Positions 30,311 through 39,797 of a stretch of 64,000 nt of DNA are shown here, piece by piece. The translations under genes and the position numbers were made by a program. The stretch is from an uncultured delta proteobacterium (GTDB lineage: Bacteria > Desulfobacterota > RBG-13-43-22), in contig CAWBOS010000010.1 in NCBI GenBank assembly GCA_963790475.1, forward strand, positions 928,001 through 992,000, read 5' to 3'. Numbering within the stretch: position 1 is the first letter of the stretch; every line of letters starts with the position of its first letter. The notes under the pieces are model-generated. The model searched no databases, was not told where the DNA came from, and saw only the letters and a list, made by a program, of their open reading frames with translations.

Positions 30311-31480
30311 TTAAAGAAGCGATATTTCTCCGTTTTGAATGATATACCTTTGTTTTAATGCTTCGGGGTTCTCGCTGACACCTTTAAAGATATTCCTGGT
30401 AAGTTGGTTCTTGACCTCTTCAATCCGATGAGGCGGCTTTTCACCGACGGCGATCTGGGCCAATTCGGTAATATTGTAGATCTCCAGGCCGTGCTCGGCA
30501 GCCTTTTCCGATAAGGCGAAACATCCGGTACAACTGACAACGATGGTATCCGCCCCGGTTTCTTTGGCTTCCAGTACTCGTTTTTCGGCTATTTGTGAGG
30601 CCAATTGAGGGTTCCGACCGGATAGGGGGGAACCACAGCAGAGAGACTCTCTTCGATTGTGTTTCATTTCCACCAATTCTGTCCCCAGGAGTTTAAGGAG
30701 CCGACGCGGATTTTCATGAATTTCGGGTTTCATTTTTCGCCAGGCGCAGGAGTCATGAAAGGTGACCCGCCGATTAATAGGTTGGGGGAAGGTTATCTTT
30801 CCCGTTTGATGTTGTTCCAAAAGATAATCGACAATGTTTATATTTTTAATGGTGAATTCGGGAAGGAGCCGCGGATAGACCTCACCGATCATACGGTCAC
30901 ATCCCGGACAAAAAGTGACCATTTTTTCAACCCCTATTTTTTTTAGTTCTTCAAGGAGCTGTCGGCCTTTGAGGACGGCCTCTTCCTGTCCGAATAGATT
31001 ATTGACATATCCGCCACAGCAATATTTCATCCCCCCGATGATGGGCAGTTCTTTCAGTAACTTTGTTTTAGCCAGATCGTTATAGATATACGACAGACTG
31101 CATCCCAGGTAAAAAACCGTGTTTCCCGGTGAAGGATGGGGTTTGGTCTGGAGACTTTTTAATTTTTCCTCCTTTTCAAACTCAAGGCCGATCGACATAA
31201 GATTAAACGGGACTTCCTCGGTGATCAAGGATAAACAGGACACCCCTTTAGTTCGGGTTTTCTTTAATAAGATTTCTTTTCTAAGCTCTGAAGGGTTGGA
31301 TTGGGTCGGACAAATAATGTCGCAATAGGAGCACCCGGCGCAATTCCTGGCGACCACCTTTGACTCCATTGTTTCGATCATTTGAGAAATTTCCGCTGCC
31401 GCTTCATCCTGGGGCATTTCCAGAAAAGGACACCTCGTGAGGCATAATCCGCATCGTTGGCAATTTTCTTTGTTGAACAT
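30311..31480 (-). CDS. (Fe-S)-binding oxidoreductase with two CCG domains (HdrD/GlpC/DgcB-like, soluble)
   Basis: CQRCGLCLTRCP, CAGCSYCDIICP, YCCGG, CPGC, HDSC, CCG, CTGC. Confidence 0.88.
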   Translation of the reverse strand: MFNKENCQRCGLCLTRCPFLEMPQDEAAAEISQMIETMESKVVARNCAGCSYCDIICPTQSNPSELRKEILLKKTRTKGVSCLSLITEEVPFNLMSIGLEFEKEEKLKSLQTKPHPSPGNTVFYLGCSLSYIYNDLAKTKLLKELPIIGGMKYCCGGYVNNLFGQEEAVLKGRQLLEELKKIGVEKMVTFCPGCDRMIGEVYPRLLPEFTIKNINIVDYLLEQHQTGKITFPQPINRRVTFHDSCAWRKMKPEIHENPRRLLKLLGTELVEMKHNRRESLCCGSPLSGRNPQLASQIAEKRVLEAKETGADTIVVSCTGCFALSEKAAEHGLEIYNITELAQIAVGEKPPHRIEEVKNQLTRNIFKGVSENPEALKQRYIIQNGEISLL

Positions 31481-31506
31481 AATCTCCTCTATCCGTTTGT
31501 GTTTTT

Positions 31507-31583
31507 ATTATACTTTGTTTGTTATCACTTGACGAACAAAAAGAAAAGTGGCATAAACGGCATTAAACGTCTCGTTTGCGTCA
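31507..31583 (-). promoter_or_regulatory. Promoter (-10 TATAAT, weak -35 TCGTCA) with an upstream 21-bp-period direct repeat, candidate AraC site
   Basis: Minus strand: TGACGCAAACGAGAC-n6-TGCCGTTTATGCCAC ... TCGTCA-N17-TATAAT. Confidence 0.45.
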
Positions 31584-31617
31584 TATTAGCTAAGAAATAC
31601 CCCCAAGAGAGATTATT

Positions 31618-32595
31618 ATGAAAAAAATTACCATATTGGCCCTCCATAACTGTTTTGCCTCAACAGTGATGAGTCCGATGGACGTATTTTTCATGGCCGG
31701 GCAACTTTGGAATTTCATATGTGGTCTTCCCCCGACCCCCTTCTTTGAAATCGAGATCGTCTCATTTGATGGAAAGCCGGTAAAGTGTCTTAATAATGTT
31801 TTTATACAACCACACCGGGCAATAGAGTATGTAGAAAAAACCGATTTAATCCTTATTCCAAGCATTGCCAACATTGAAAAGACCATTAAATACGGCGCCC
31901 AAGGGCTTCGTTGGCTTCAGCACCAATATCACCAAGGAGCAAGTATCGCCAGTGTTTGCACTGGTTCTTTCTACCTGGCCGAAACCGGTTTGTTGAATGA
32001 GAAGACTGCTACTACCCATTGGGGTTATGTGGATTTGTTTAAACAACGGTATCCCCGGGTCAACTTGAAACCCGAGCGCCTTATTACCGACGAAGGGGAT
32101 TTATTTTGTGCCGGAGCCTTAGGCGCAAAATTTGATCTTCCGGTATATTTAGTTGAAAAATATTGCGGTCATGAGGTGGCCATCCAGTGCTCAAAATCAA
32201 TGATCCATGATATGGGAAGAGGTTCGCAGACGCCTTATACCGTGTTCCGGTTTCAAAAAAATCACACCGATGAAAGGGTCAAAGTCATCCAACAATGGAT
32301 CGAAGAGCATTTTGCCGAAGAAATAGATTTCGATATTGTTTCAAAGAAATTTGGCATGAGTCGACGAACTTTTGAGCGTAGATTTAAAAATGCAACCGGT
32401 GACACCCCTTTGGTGTATTTGCAGCGGACCAGAGTCGAAGCTGCCAAAGAGAGGTTAGAAGCAAAAGACGAGACCTTTGACGAAATTTCCTGTCGGTCGG
32501 GTTATGAAAACAGCAGTCATTTTAGGGAAATTTTTAAAAAACATACCGGGCTTTTGCCGACGGAATATCAAAAAAAATTTCGTCGCCTTCGATAA
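31618..32595 (+). CDS. GlxA-family AraC regulator (DJ-1/amidase domain + HTH)
   Basis: SVCTGSFYLAETGLL...ATTHW; MSRRTFERRF; GYEN.SHFR.IFKK.TGL.P. Confidence 0.92.
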   Translation: MKKITILALHNCFASTVMSPMDVFFMAGQLWNFICGLPPTPFFEIEIVSFDGKPVKCLNNVFIQPHRAIEYVEKTDLILIPSIANIEKTIKYGAQGLRWLQHQYHQGASIASVCTGSFYLAETGLLNEKTATTHWGYVDLFKQRYPRVNLKPERLITDEGDLFCAGALGAKFDLPVYLVEKYCGHEVAIQCSKSMIHDMGRGSQTPYTVFRFQKNHTDERVKVIQQWIEEHFAEEIDFDIVSKKFGMSRRTFERRFKNATGDTPLVYLQRTRVEAAKERLEAKDETFDEISCRSGYENSSHFREIFKKHTGLLPTEYQKKFRRLR

Positions 32596-32736
32596 CGAAA
32601 TCCAAACAAAACCTTTACCATTCTTTTGATTCCTCGTTGACCTACTTCGAGTGATAATAGGACCTAAGGGAGGTTGTCAATAATTATAGCAGAATATATC
32701 CACGACCAACTGTTCGATGGCGCATATCTTTTCAGC

Positions 32737-32857
32737 CAAAAAGCTTTGTGATGTGGCCTTGTCCGAGAAAAGGAAGAAGGCCGGGGTGAGCATCCTGCTT
32801 AACGCCGGCCTTTGTGTGCCGAAACAACAACTTTGGAAATCCCGCAGCCCTGAATAA
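32737..32857 (+). repeat. Second copy of the larA 3' end (38 bp identical, ~55 bp diverged upstream)
   Basis: Translates DVALSEKRKKAGVSILLNAGLCVPKQQLWKSRSPE* versus larA DMALAQKGKKAKVSVLLNAGLCVPKQQMAG. Confidence 0.9.
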
Positions 32858-32910
32858 AAAAAATGGCTTCGTTGAACACTAGATATTAAAGAACGAACGA
32901 TATTTTGGTG

Positions 32911-33846
32911 CTAAATATCCAATTTTTTCATAGCCTCCACCAGTATTTTGACCGCTTCGGCCGATTTTTTCAAAGCCGCATCCTCTTCCGGAGTCAGTTT
33001 GATCTGAATGATCTCTTCAATGCCTGCTGAACCCAGCTTTACCGGTACACCGATAAATAAATCCTTAATGCCGTATTCTCCGGTCAAGTAAGCCGCGCAA
33101 GGAAGGATTTTTTTCTTGTCCTTGATGATGGCCTCGGCCATTTCGCAGGCTGCCGAGGCCGGGGCATAGTAAGCACTCCCGGTCTTGAGTAGGCCGACGA
33201 TCTCGGCTCCACCTTCCCGGGTGCGTTTGACCAGCCGCTCGATGGTTGCCGGATCCATCAGTTCCGTGATAGGAATCCCGGAGACAGTGGAAAAACGAGG
33301 CAGGGGAACCATAGTATCCCCGTGTCCGCCAAGGACAAAGGCATGGGTGTTTTCCACGGAGACTTTGAGCTCTTGGGCGATAAAGGTTCGGAAACGGGCC
33401 GAATCCAGGACCCCGGCCATACCCAGGACCCGGTTCTTGGGGAACCCACTGGCTTCAAAGGCCACGTGGCACATGGCATCCAGGGGATTACTGACAATAA
33501 TCAGTACCGCCTGCGGTGAATACTGAACAGCCTGGCTGACCACGGATTTCATGATCTTGGCATTGGTGGACAGCAAGTCATCCCGGCTCATGCCTGGCTT
33601 TCTGGGGATGCCGGAAGTGATGATGATGACCTCAGAGTCCTTGGTGGCCGAATATTCATTGGCGCCGGATAGTTTGGCATCATGTTTTTCAATCGGAGCG
33701 GCTTCTGATAAATCCAGGGCTTTGCCGAAAGGGACCCCTTCCAGGATATCCACCAGGACCACATCCGCCAATTCTTTTTCTACAATCCGCTGAACCGCTG
33801 TGGCCCCCACATTGCCGGCACCAATTACGGAAATTTTATGTTTCAT
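32911..33846 (-). CDS. mdh: Malate dehydrogenase (LDH-like)
   Basis: [37 protein letters not shown]. Confidence 0.96.
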   Translation of the reverse strand: MKHKISVIGAGNVGATAVQRIVEKELADVVLVDILEGVPFGKALDLSEAAPIEKHDAKLSGANEYSATKDSEVIIITSGIPRKPGMSRDDLLSTNAKIMKSVVSQAVQYSPQAVLIIVSNPLDAMCHVAFEASGFPKNRVLGMAGVLDSARFRTFIAQELKVSVENTHAFVLGGHGDTMVPLPRFSTVSGIPITELMDPATIERLVKRTREGGAEIVGLLKTGSAYYAPASAACEMAEAIIKDKKKILPCAAYLTGEYGIKDLFIGVPVKLGSAGIEEIIQIKLTPEEDAALKKSAEAVKILVEAMKKLDI

Positions 33847-34011
33847 CAGTTCTTCCCCCCCTTGTTGAATGATTTGGAATAAAATTGGGAATTGTTGGAT
33901 TTTTCAGCCTTAATAATGTTGGTAGAATAGTTTAAAATGTATTTCAGTTCAAGAAAAAGGTATTTCTTAGAAAGCATTTATTCAATTAGACTGTAGGGAC
34001 GGTTGAAAAAT

Positions 34012-35268
34012 TTACAAAAAAAACAAACTGAGAAAAGGTAAATAAGTGATCATGGCCAATGTCAACAACAGGATTAAGATAAAAGGAATGGAAGCCTGAT
34101 ACAATTCGATTACCGATCGTTCAAAACGAATACTGGAGATAAACAGGTTAATACCTAAGGGAGGCAATGAAGCCCCAATCTCCAGGTTGGTCAGCAGGAT
34201 GATCCCCAGGTGCACAGGATGAAGACCGTAGGCCTGGGCAACCGGGACAATCAGAGGAACTAAAATAATCAAGGCTGGAAAAGTTCCAAGAAGACAGCCA
34301 GCGCCCAAAAGGAACAGATTCAACCAGAGGAGAAAGGAATAGTGGGTATGGACGTGGAGTTTTAAAAAATCCAGAATTTTCATGGGGATTTCCCCGTTAA
34401 TCAGGGTATTGGTCAGTCCAAAAGAAACTCCTAAAATAATCAGGATGCCCCCCACCAAGATGGCGCTTTTGATGATCACAGGAAACAGTTCCTGGATTTT
34501 GATATCCCGATAGATTCCCACTTCGACAAGCAGCACATAAAGGACGGTCAGAACCGCTGCCTCACTAATGGCTACAAGCCCCGTGTAAATTCCACCCAGA
34601 ACCACAAAGGGCAAGGGGATTTCCCAGACCGATTCCCGTAAAGATTCTGCCACCTTGTGAAAGGTGAATTTTGGACGGTCTACCCTCGCCTGGAATCCTT
34701 TGAAACCGCTATACAGTGAAAGGAGTAAAACGATCAGGAGGCCGGGTAAAATCCCGGCCAAAAACAATTGATCAATACTGGTCTGGGCCACAACCCCATA
34801 TAGAATCAGAGGTAAACTGGGCGGAAAAAGGAGGCCCAAAGTCCCCGAAGTGGTCAAAAGTCCCAGGGAAAATTTTTCAGGATAATGCTGGATCTTTAAA
34901 GCCGGAAAGAGAAGCCCCCCCAGAGCGATAATGGTCAAACCTGTGGCTCCGGTCAAAGCGGTAAATACAGCTGAAACCATCAGAGCGATGACGGCCAATC
35001 CGCCGGGCAGCCAGCCTAAGAGAGCATTGGAAAGACGAACCAGCCGATCAGAAGCTTTGCTGGCAGCCAAAATGTAACCGGCTAAAGAAAAGAGGGGGAT
35101 GGCCACCAGGGTGGGGGTGTGAGCTAATTTATAGAGCTCAATAATCATTGCCGACAGGTCTATCCCATTGAAAAAAAGGAAGAGTAGACCGCTAAAGGCA
35201 ATGACAATAAATAAAGGGGTTCCTATAAGAGCTAGAAAAACGGTCAGAAGGGATGATATCAGGCCCAT
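34012..35268 (-). CDS. TRAP transporter large permease (DctM)
   Basis: LVAIPLF.LAG, GTLGLLFPPS, P.H.GI..L.NLEIG...PP.G.NLF. Confidence 0.92.
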   Translation of the reverse strand: MGLISSLLTVFLALIGTPLFIVIAFSGLLFLFFNGIDLSAMIIELYKLAHTPTLVAIPLFSLAGYILAASKASDRLVRLSNALLGWLPGGLAVIALMVSAVFTALTGATGLTIIALGGLLFPALKIQHYPEKFSLGLLTTSGTLGLLFPPSLPLILYGVVAQTSIDQLFLAGILPGLLIVLLLSLYSGFKGFQARVDRPKFTFHKVAESLRESVWEIPLPFVVLGGIYTGLVAISEAAVLTVLYVLLVEVGIYRDIKIQELFPVIIKSAILVGGILIILGVSFGLTNTLINGEIPMKILDFLKLHVHTHYSFLLWLNLFLLGAGCLLGTFPALIILVPLIVPVAQAYGLHPVHLGIILLTNLEIGASLPPLGINLFISSIRFERSVIELYQASIPFILILLLTLAMITYLPFLSLFFL

Positions 35269-35319
35269 AGTTTTATGCCCGAAAGCTAATAATCTTTTCT
35301 GGATACGGGGTAGAGTTTT

Positions 35320-35850
35320 TCATGTTCGGGCAGTATTCGATTGCTCGGATGAGAAAGATTCTCCCCTTTTAATAAAAGCATTCCAGGTTTTGCTCAGAAA
35401 CCGAAGCCCCAGGACGGTTAACATGAGCGGAATAACCGATTGAGAGGCCCATAACGGGATGTTAAAGGCCAGAATTTTCCCGACAGCATATTCCTCTTGA
35501 ACAAACCGGATTGCAGGCCAGACCAAAATCAGGCAGATCACAGCAGCAAAAAGATTAATGGCCCCCTGAAGGTATGAACGACTTTTATATCCTAATTTCT
35601 CAGAAAGGAGGTCAATCGAGATGTGCCGATTTTCCCGAGCGGCGATCGAAGCCCCAAGCAGGGCAACCCAGAGGACCGAGTGGCGTAATAAAGGGTCGAT
35701 CCAATACAGACCCACCGAAAGGACATTGCGGAAGAGTATCTGGATAAACCCCAAAAGGACCATTAAGATCAAAAAAGAACCTAACAGAATTTCTTCCAGC
35801 CGATTTAAGAAAGAAAGGATCTTTTTAAATTTTAAAGCAGGGGAGGGCAT
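35320..35850 (-). CDS. TRAP transporter small permease (DctQ)
   Basis: Four TM segments, LW..LLGA..A....RHI.ID. Confidence 0.9.
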   Translation of the reverse strand: MPSPALKFKKILSFLNRLEEILLGSFLILMVLLGFIQILFRNVLSVGLYWIDPLLRHSVLWVALLGASIAARENRHISIDLLSEKLGYKSRSYLQGAINLFAAVICLILVWPAIRFVQEEYAVGKILAFNIPLWASQSVIPLMLTVLGLRFLSKTWNAFIKRGESFSSEQSNTART

Positions 35851-36935
35851 CAATTTTCTTTGCGTAAGGTTTTCAAAAAGGCCTTGACCTCGGCCAGAGT
35901 TTTTTTGCTGAAAACGTCCTCTCCCAGGGTATCCACGCCTTTCATGGAGAGGGCCTGCATCTCCTTCACCTCTTTTGAGTTGGGGGTTACGAGTTTGATC
36001 CCTTGCTTGGTGAGCACATTGATGGCCTTCTGATCCTCTCTGCGGACATTATCTTTCAGCAGTGCCAGATGACGCCGGAAGATTTCTTCCACTGTACCCC
36101 GCAAGGCCGCGGGAATTTTTTCAAAGGCGGATTTAGATAATATCGCGGCCCCCACTGAATAAGAAAGAGGAACATCGGTCATGTATGAAACTCGAGTAAA
36201 CCACTGCATTGAAATAGCCGCTGCCGGTGAGGCGTAAACCGTATCGATCATCCCGGTCTGGAGGGAGACCAGGACATCAGGGATACCCAGAGGAATACCA
36301 TTGATCCCCAATTCTTTGAAAACAGCCCGTCCTATGGCCGTATCCTCCCAGATCCAGACTTTGCCTTTACGAAGGTCGGCCGCACCTTTAATGGGGTGTT
36401 TGGAAAAAAGATAAATAAACCCCGATTCGGCCCAGCCCATAACTTTAAAGCCGTTATCCAAAAGCCCCTTTTCGAAATATCCGCTCATTTTGGCCATAAC
36501 CGCGTCCACTTCCTTATAATTCTCAAACAGGGAAGGAATAACCAGAATTTTGATATCTTTAAAGATGATCCCCAGGCCGCCGCCGGAAAAGAATCCTCCT
36601 TGAATCTGACCGACCTTGATTTTTCGGAGCATGTCTTCTTCATCGCCCAGGACTCCACCGGGAAAAATGTGAATAGTCACCTGATTCCCTGTCTTTTGTT
36701 CCAATTCCTGTTTGATATCCCGAAAGGTTTTAACCCAGGTGCTTCCTTCCGGGGCCAGGGTGCCTATTTTCAGGACCACTTTTTCGGCCGAAGCGGGAAC
36801 GGGAATAGCTAGCGATAAAAAAAGCAAGGGCAAGGAGAGGAGTAATGTCAAAGATACGAAAGACGAGAGACGGAAAACCCCCCTCTCTTTTTTATTGATA
36901 TTCCACAATTCACAATCCCCAATCCGCAATTTCAT
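35850..36935 (-). CDS. TRAP substrate-binding protein (DctP/TatP)
   Basis: KIGTLAPEGS.W, GGVLGDE, V..SLQTG.ID; SD AGGAGG before ATG 36935. Confidence 0.9.
   Translation of the reverse strand: MKLRIGDCELWNINKKERGVFRLSSFVSLTLLLSLPLLFLSLAIPVPASAEKVVLKIGTLAPEGSTWVKTFRDIKQELEQKTGNQVTIHIFPGGVLGDEEDMLRKIKVGQIQGGFFSGGGLGIIFKDIKILVIPSLFENYKEVDAVMAKMSGYFEKGLLDNGFKVMGWAESGFIYLFSKHPIKGAADLRKGKVWIWEDTAIGRAVFKELGINGIPLGIPDVLVSLQTGMIDTVYASPAAAISMQWFTRVSYMTDVPLSYSVGAAILSKSAFEKIPAALRGTVEEIFRRHLALLKDNVRREDQKAINVLTKQGIKLVTPNSKEVKEMQALSMKGVDTLGEDVFSKKTLAEVKAFLKTLRKEN
36853..36932. repeat. Heptamer repeats within the TatP N-terminal coding region
   Basis: acgaaag acgagag acggaaa; attcaca atcccca atccgca. Confidence 0.65.
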
Positions 36936-36944
36936 AAGTTCCTC

Positions 36945-37823
36945 CTAAAAAAATTCATCAACCTGCTTAAGCAGCGCTTTCGCCTTTTCATGGGCCAGGG
37001 TATTGATTAAAGTCAGGTCCGGCTCTATATCAACCGGTGTGGAAAGTACCTTCTTCAACGTGTTAACGAAAAGATCTCGATCCAGGGATTGCTTGGCATA
37101 ATATTGGGCATAGAAAATGTACGCCATTAGGAACTTGCCTTGAGAATAGTCCAGGGCTTTCTTAAAATGGATCTCAGCCTTTTTCAGGTCTCCGCCATAT
37201 TGAGTCGGCCGGGCGGAAAGCAGAATGGCTTTAAAAAGATGGGGACCGCCGTAATAATAACCGGGGTCGAGTTGGAGAACCCGGTCCATCAAGACTTCTA
37301 CCTTGGGAAGATCGGCCATGGCCTCGACCGGTTCGGGACCTTGGGCAATCCAGGTCCCCCAAATATTTCCTACTGAGAAGAGAATAGGTACTTGATCCTT
37401 TTCGGTTTTTGAAATTTTTTCTTGAAAAAGATCGACGGATTTATCAAGACTTCCTTTAAACAGGGGGTTCAGTTCCAACGCCCTCAAAGCCTGGATTTTG
37501 GCTTTTTGAATCAGTTGGGCGGCCCGAACTGACTCATCTTCTCCCAAGATGGAGGCATAGGAGGCATAAGCCTGGGCACCGGCCAGGAGAAGGTTTTGGT
37601 TTCCTGGATTGGCTTGAACCATTCCATCAATTAACAGTAAATAGGAAGGGATCCCTTGTCGGACCAGGGCGACATCCGATTGTCGGTTGACGGACAGGGC
37701 CAATTCCTGAAAAAGACCGACGGCACTATCGTTAATCATCTGCCGGCCGGAGAAACATCCGGCCAAGGATAGGCAAAGGAGGACTGGGATGATAGTTATT
37801 TTCAAATAAGAAGGAGAATTCAT
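36945..37823 (-). CDS. TRAP transporter TatT component lipoprotein
   Basis: Lipobox LAGC, P.YYYGG.H, GGDL.KA..HF.KA, YA..YA....DR.LF...L; operon with PQM. Confidence 0.85.
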   Translation of the reverse strand: MNSPSYLKITIIPVLLCLSLAGCFSGRQMINDSAVGLFQELALSVNRQSDVALVRQGIPSYLLLIDGMVQANPGNQNLLLAGAQAYASYASILGEDESVRAAQLIQKAKIQALRALELNPLFKGSLDKSVDLFQEKISKTEKDQVPILFSVGNIWGTWIAQGPEPVEAMADLPKVEVLMDRVLQLDPGYYYGGPHLFKAILLSARPTQYGGDLKKAEIHFKKALDYSQGKFLMAYIFYAQYYAKQSLDRDLFVNTLKKVLSTPVDIEPDLTLINTLAHEKAKALLKQVDEFF

Positions 37824-37958
37824 AAGCTCCAAAATTAGCACCGATCCCGGTTTCGGTCAAGAAAAAGAATTGTCCTCCCAGCCGGGAAAGAGTTCCTTAT
37901 TGACAGTTTTGCGTTCCGGGATTATTAAGTCTGAAAATACCTTTGCAGGATCGTAAAT

Positions 37959-38720
37959 ATGTCCGAATCCATATCCGCCGCTGACAAAAGAGTTCAAGGA
38001 CTCCTGGGGAAAGCCGTCCTGAAGTACGATTTGATCAATAACGGCGATCGGGTGGCAGTGGCCGTCTCCGGGGGAAAAGACAGCATGGCCTTGCTCTATA
38101 TGCTCAAAGAACGGCTTAATTGGATTCCCATCCGCTATGATTTACTGGCTGTTCACTTGGATATGGGCTTTGAAGGGACCCAACCTCATTTGATAGAACA
38201 GGGTTGCCATCAAATAGGTGTCCCGTTTTATATGGAAAAAACCGATTACGGGATAAAGGCTCATGGACCGGACAATAAGGAAAACCCCTGTTTTTTATGC
38301 TCCCGGTTAAGACGGAAACACCTTTTTCAACTGGCCGACTCCCTGAATTTTTCCAAGATCGCTTTTGGACATAATAAAGACGATATCATTGAAACCCTGT
38401 TCTTAAATATGTTCTTCAGCGGGGAGCTCAGCACTATGCTCCCCAAGCAATCTTTATTTAAAGGAAATTTGACCATTATTCGCCCCTTGGCCTTGCTGGA
38501 AGAAAACAGGATTAAACAGTTTTCTGTACGGAAGGGACTGCCGGAAATAACCAATCCCTGTCCCAGCGCCCGGAAATCCGCCCGCAAAGAGATCAAGGAT
38601 TTCTTGTCAGTCGTTTATGCCCGCAACCGGAAAATCAAGGGCAATATTTTTCATGCCTTAAGCCATGTTCGGCCCGAATATCTATTGCCATCCATTTCCA
38701 AAGATCATCCGGCCGTCTGA
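37959..38720 (+). CDS. ttcA: tRNA 2-thiocytidine biosynthesis protein
   Basis: SGGKDS PP-loop, PCFLCSRLRR, GHNKDD..ET, IIRPL, NPCP. Confidence 0.9.
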   Translation: MSESISAADKRVQGLLGKAVLKYDLINNGDRVAVAVSGGKDSMALLYMLKERLNWIPIRYDLLAVHLDMGFEGTQPHLIEQGCHQIGVPFYMEKTDYGIKAHGPDNKENPCFLCSRLRRKHLFQLADSLNFSKIAFGHNKDDIIETLFLNMFFSGELSTMLPKQSLFKGNLTIIRPLALLEENRIKQFSVRKGLPEITNPCPSARKSARKEIKDFLSVVYARNRKIKGNIFHALSHVRPEYLLPSISKDHPAV

Positions 38721-38824
38721 AAAAAAATCTCCGCAGCAATTCGGATAAGGGAACAAAAACTTGCTATTGACCTTAGTCCAATTAGTTAGGAATATTTTCC
38801 ATTTAGGATTTCGGATTGTGAATT

Positions 38825-38853
38825 TTGACAAAATGAGGTAAAATGATTATATT
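38825..38853 (+). promoter_or_regulatory. Sigma70 promoter for the NifU-like gene
   Basis: TTGACA-N17-TATATT. Confidence 0.55.
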
Positions 38854-38892
38854 ATTAAGCGGTAAAATTGATCTATCATCAGGAGAAAAACA

Positions 38893-39117
38893 ATGACGAA
38901 AGAAAAAGTTCAAGAAGCTTTAAATAAGATCAGACCCCAACTCCAGGCTGATGGAGGGGATGTGGAACTGGTGGATGTCAATGAGGCCGGACAGGTCAAG
39001 GTCCGTTTAACTGGGGCCTGCGGGGGCTGTCCCATGTCTCAAATGACCTTGAAGATGGGGATTGAAAAATTCCTCAAACAACAGATTCCGGAAGTCTCCG
39101 GCGTCGAATCAGCCTGA
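38893..39117 (+). CDS. NifU/Nfu-type Fe-S carrier
   Basis: [24 protein letters not shown]. Confidence 0.95.
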   Translation: MTKEKVQEALNKIRPQLQADGGDVELVDVNEAGQVKVRLTGACGGCPMSQMTLKMGIEKFLKQQIPEVSGVESA

Positions 39118-39128
39118 TATAGGATCGG

Positions 39129-39212
39129 TCCAAGGTATAAGGTTTACGGTTGTGACCGCCGGATCAATGTCTCCTAACCGTGGGCTTTTTCACCTTATAC
39201 CTTGGACCTTTC
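39129..39212. repeat. Inverted heptamer repeats between convergent genes
   Basis: ccaaggt ataaggt ttacggt ... accttat accttgg accttt. Confidence 0.75.
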
Positions 39213-39681
39213 ATTTATGGTATTTCTCTCCAGCCATAAAATTAAGGTACCGGTAAATCTGTTCCATCAAAAAAAGGGCGCTCATTTCGTGGGTCAGGGT
39301 CATGCGTGATAGGGAGAGGATTTTATCGGCCTGGCTCAAGACTTCCTGAGAAAGCCCTAAGGGACCGCCGATCAGATAATAAATTTTTCGTACTCCGAGT
39401 TTGGCCTGGGCATTCAAAAAATCAAAATGGTTCAGGGAACTCGTTTCCTTTCCCTGGCGATCCAGGGCCACCCACAAGCCGTCCCGGGGGATTTTACTTA
39501 AAACTCTTCTTCCTTCTTTTCGCAATATCTGGTCCTCTGTAACTCCCTTGGTCATCCTTTCTTCTTTGACGGGGACCAGATTCAGTTGCGTGTAACGGCT
39601 TATCCGACCATGATATTCCTTGATGCCTTCCGCAATAAAGTTTTCCCTAATCTTTCCTACGGTAACAATCGTAAATTTCAT
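39211..39681 (-). CDS. rlmH: 23S rRNA pseudouridine-1915 N3-methyltransferase
   Basis: VGK, IGGP.GL, LSLS.MT..H, EQIYR....G.KYHK. Confidence 0.95.
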   Translation of the reverse strand: MKFTIVTVGKIRENFIAEGIKEYHGRISRYTQLNLVPVKEERMTKGVTEDQILRKEGRRVLSKIPRDGLWVALDRQGKETSSLNHFDFLNAQAKLGVRKIYYLIGGPLGLSQEVLSQADKILSLSRMTLTHEMSALFLMEQIYRYLNFMAGEKYHK

Positions 39682-39797
39682 TAAATTTTAGTGATAAGCC
39701 TTTTCTAAAATATCGTTGGGCTTCGCTGGAATTCTTTTAATCAGAAATTGGCGAGGCGTCCCCACAAACGCTCAATGACTAAAATAAAGTCAGCAGC

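Larger units (their letters stand above)
16152..32830. mobile_element. Putative genomic island (catabolic/selenoprotein cluster), no integrase seen
   Basis: Flanked by the larA-derived direct repeat; contains IS1634, a MITE and gene fragments. Confidence 0.6.
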
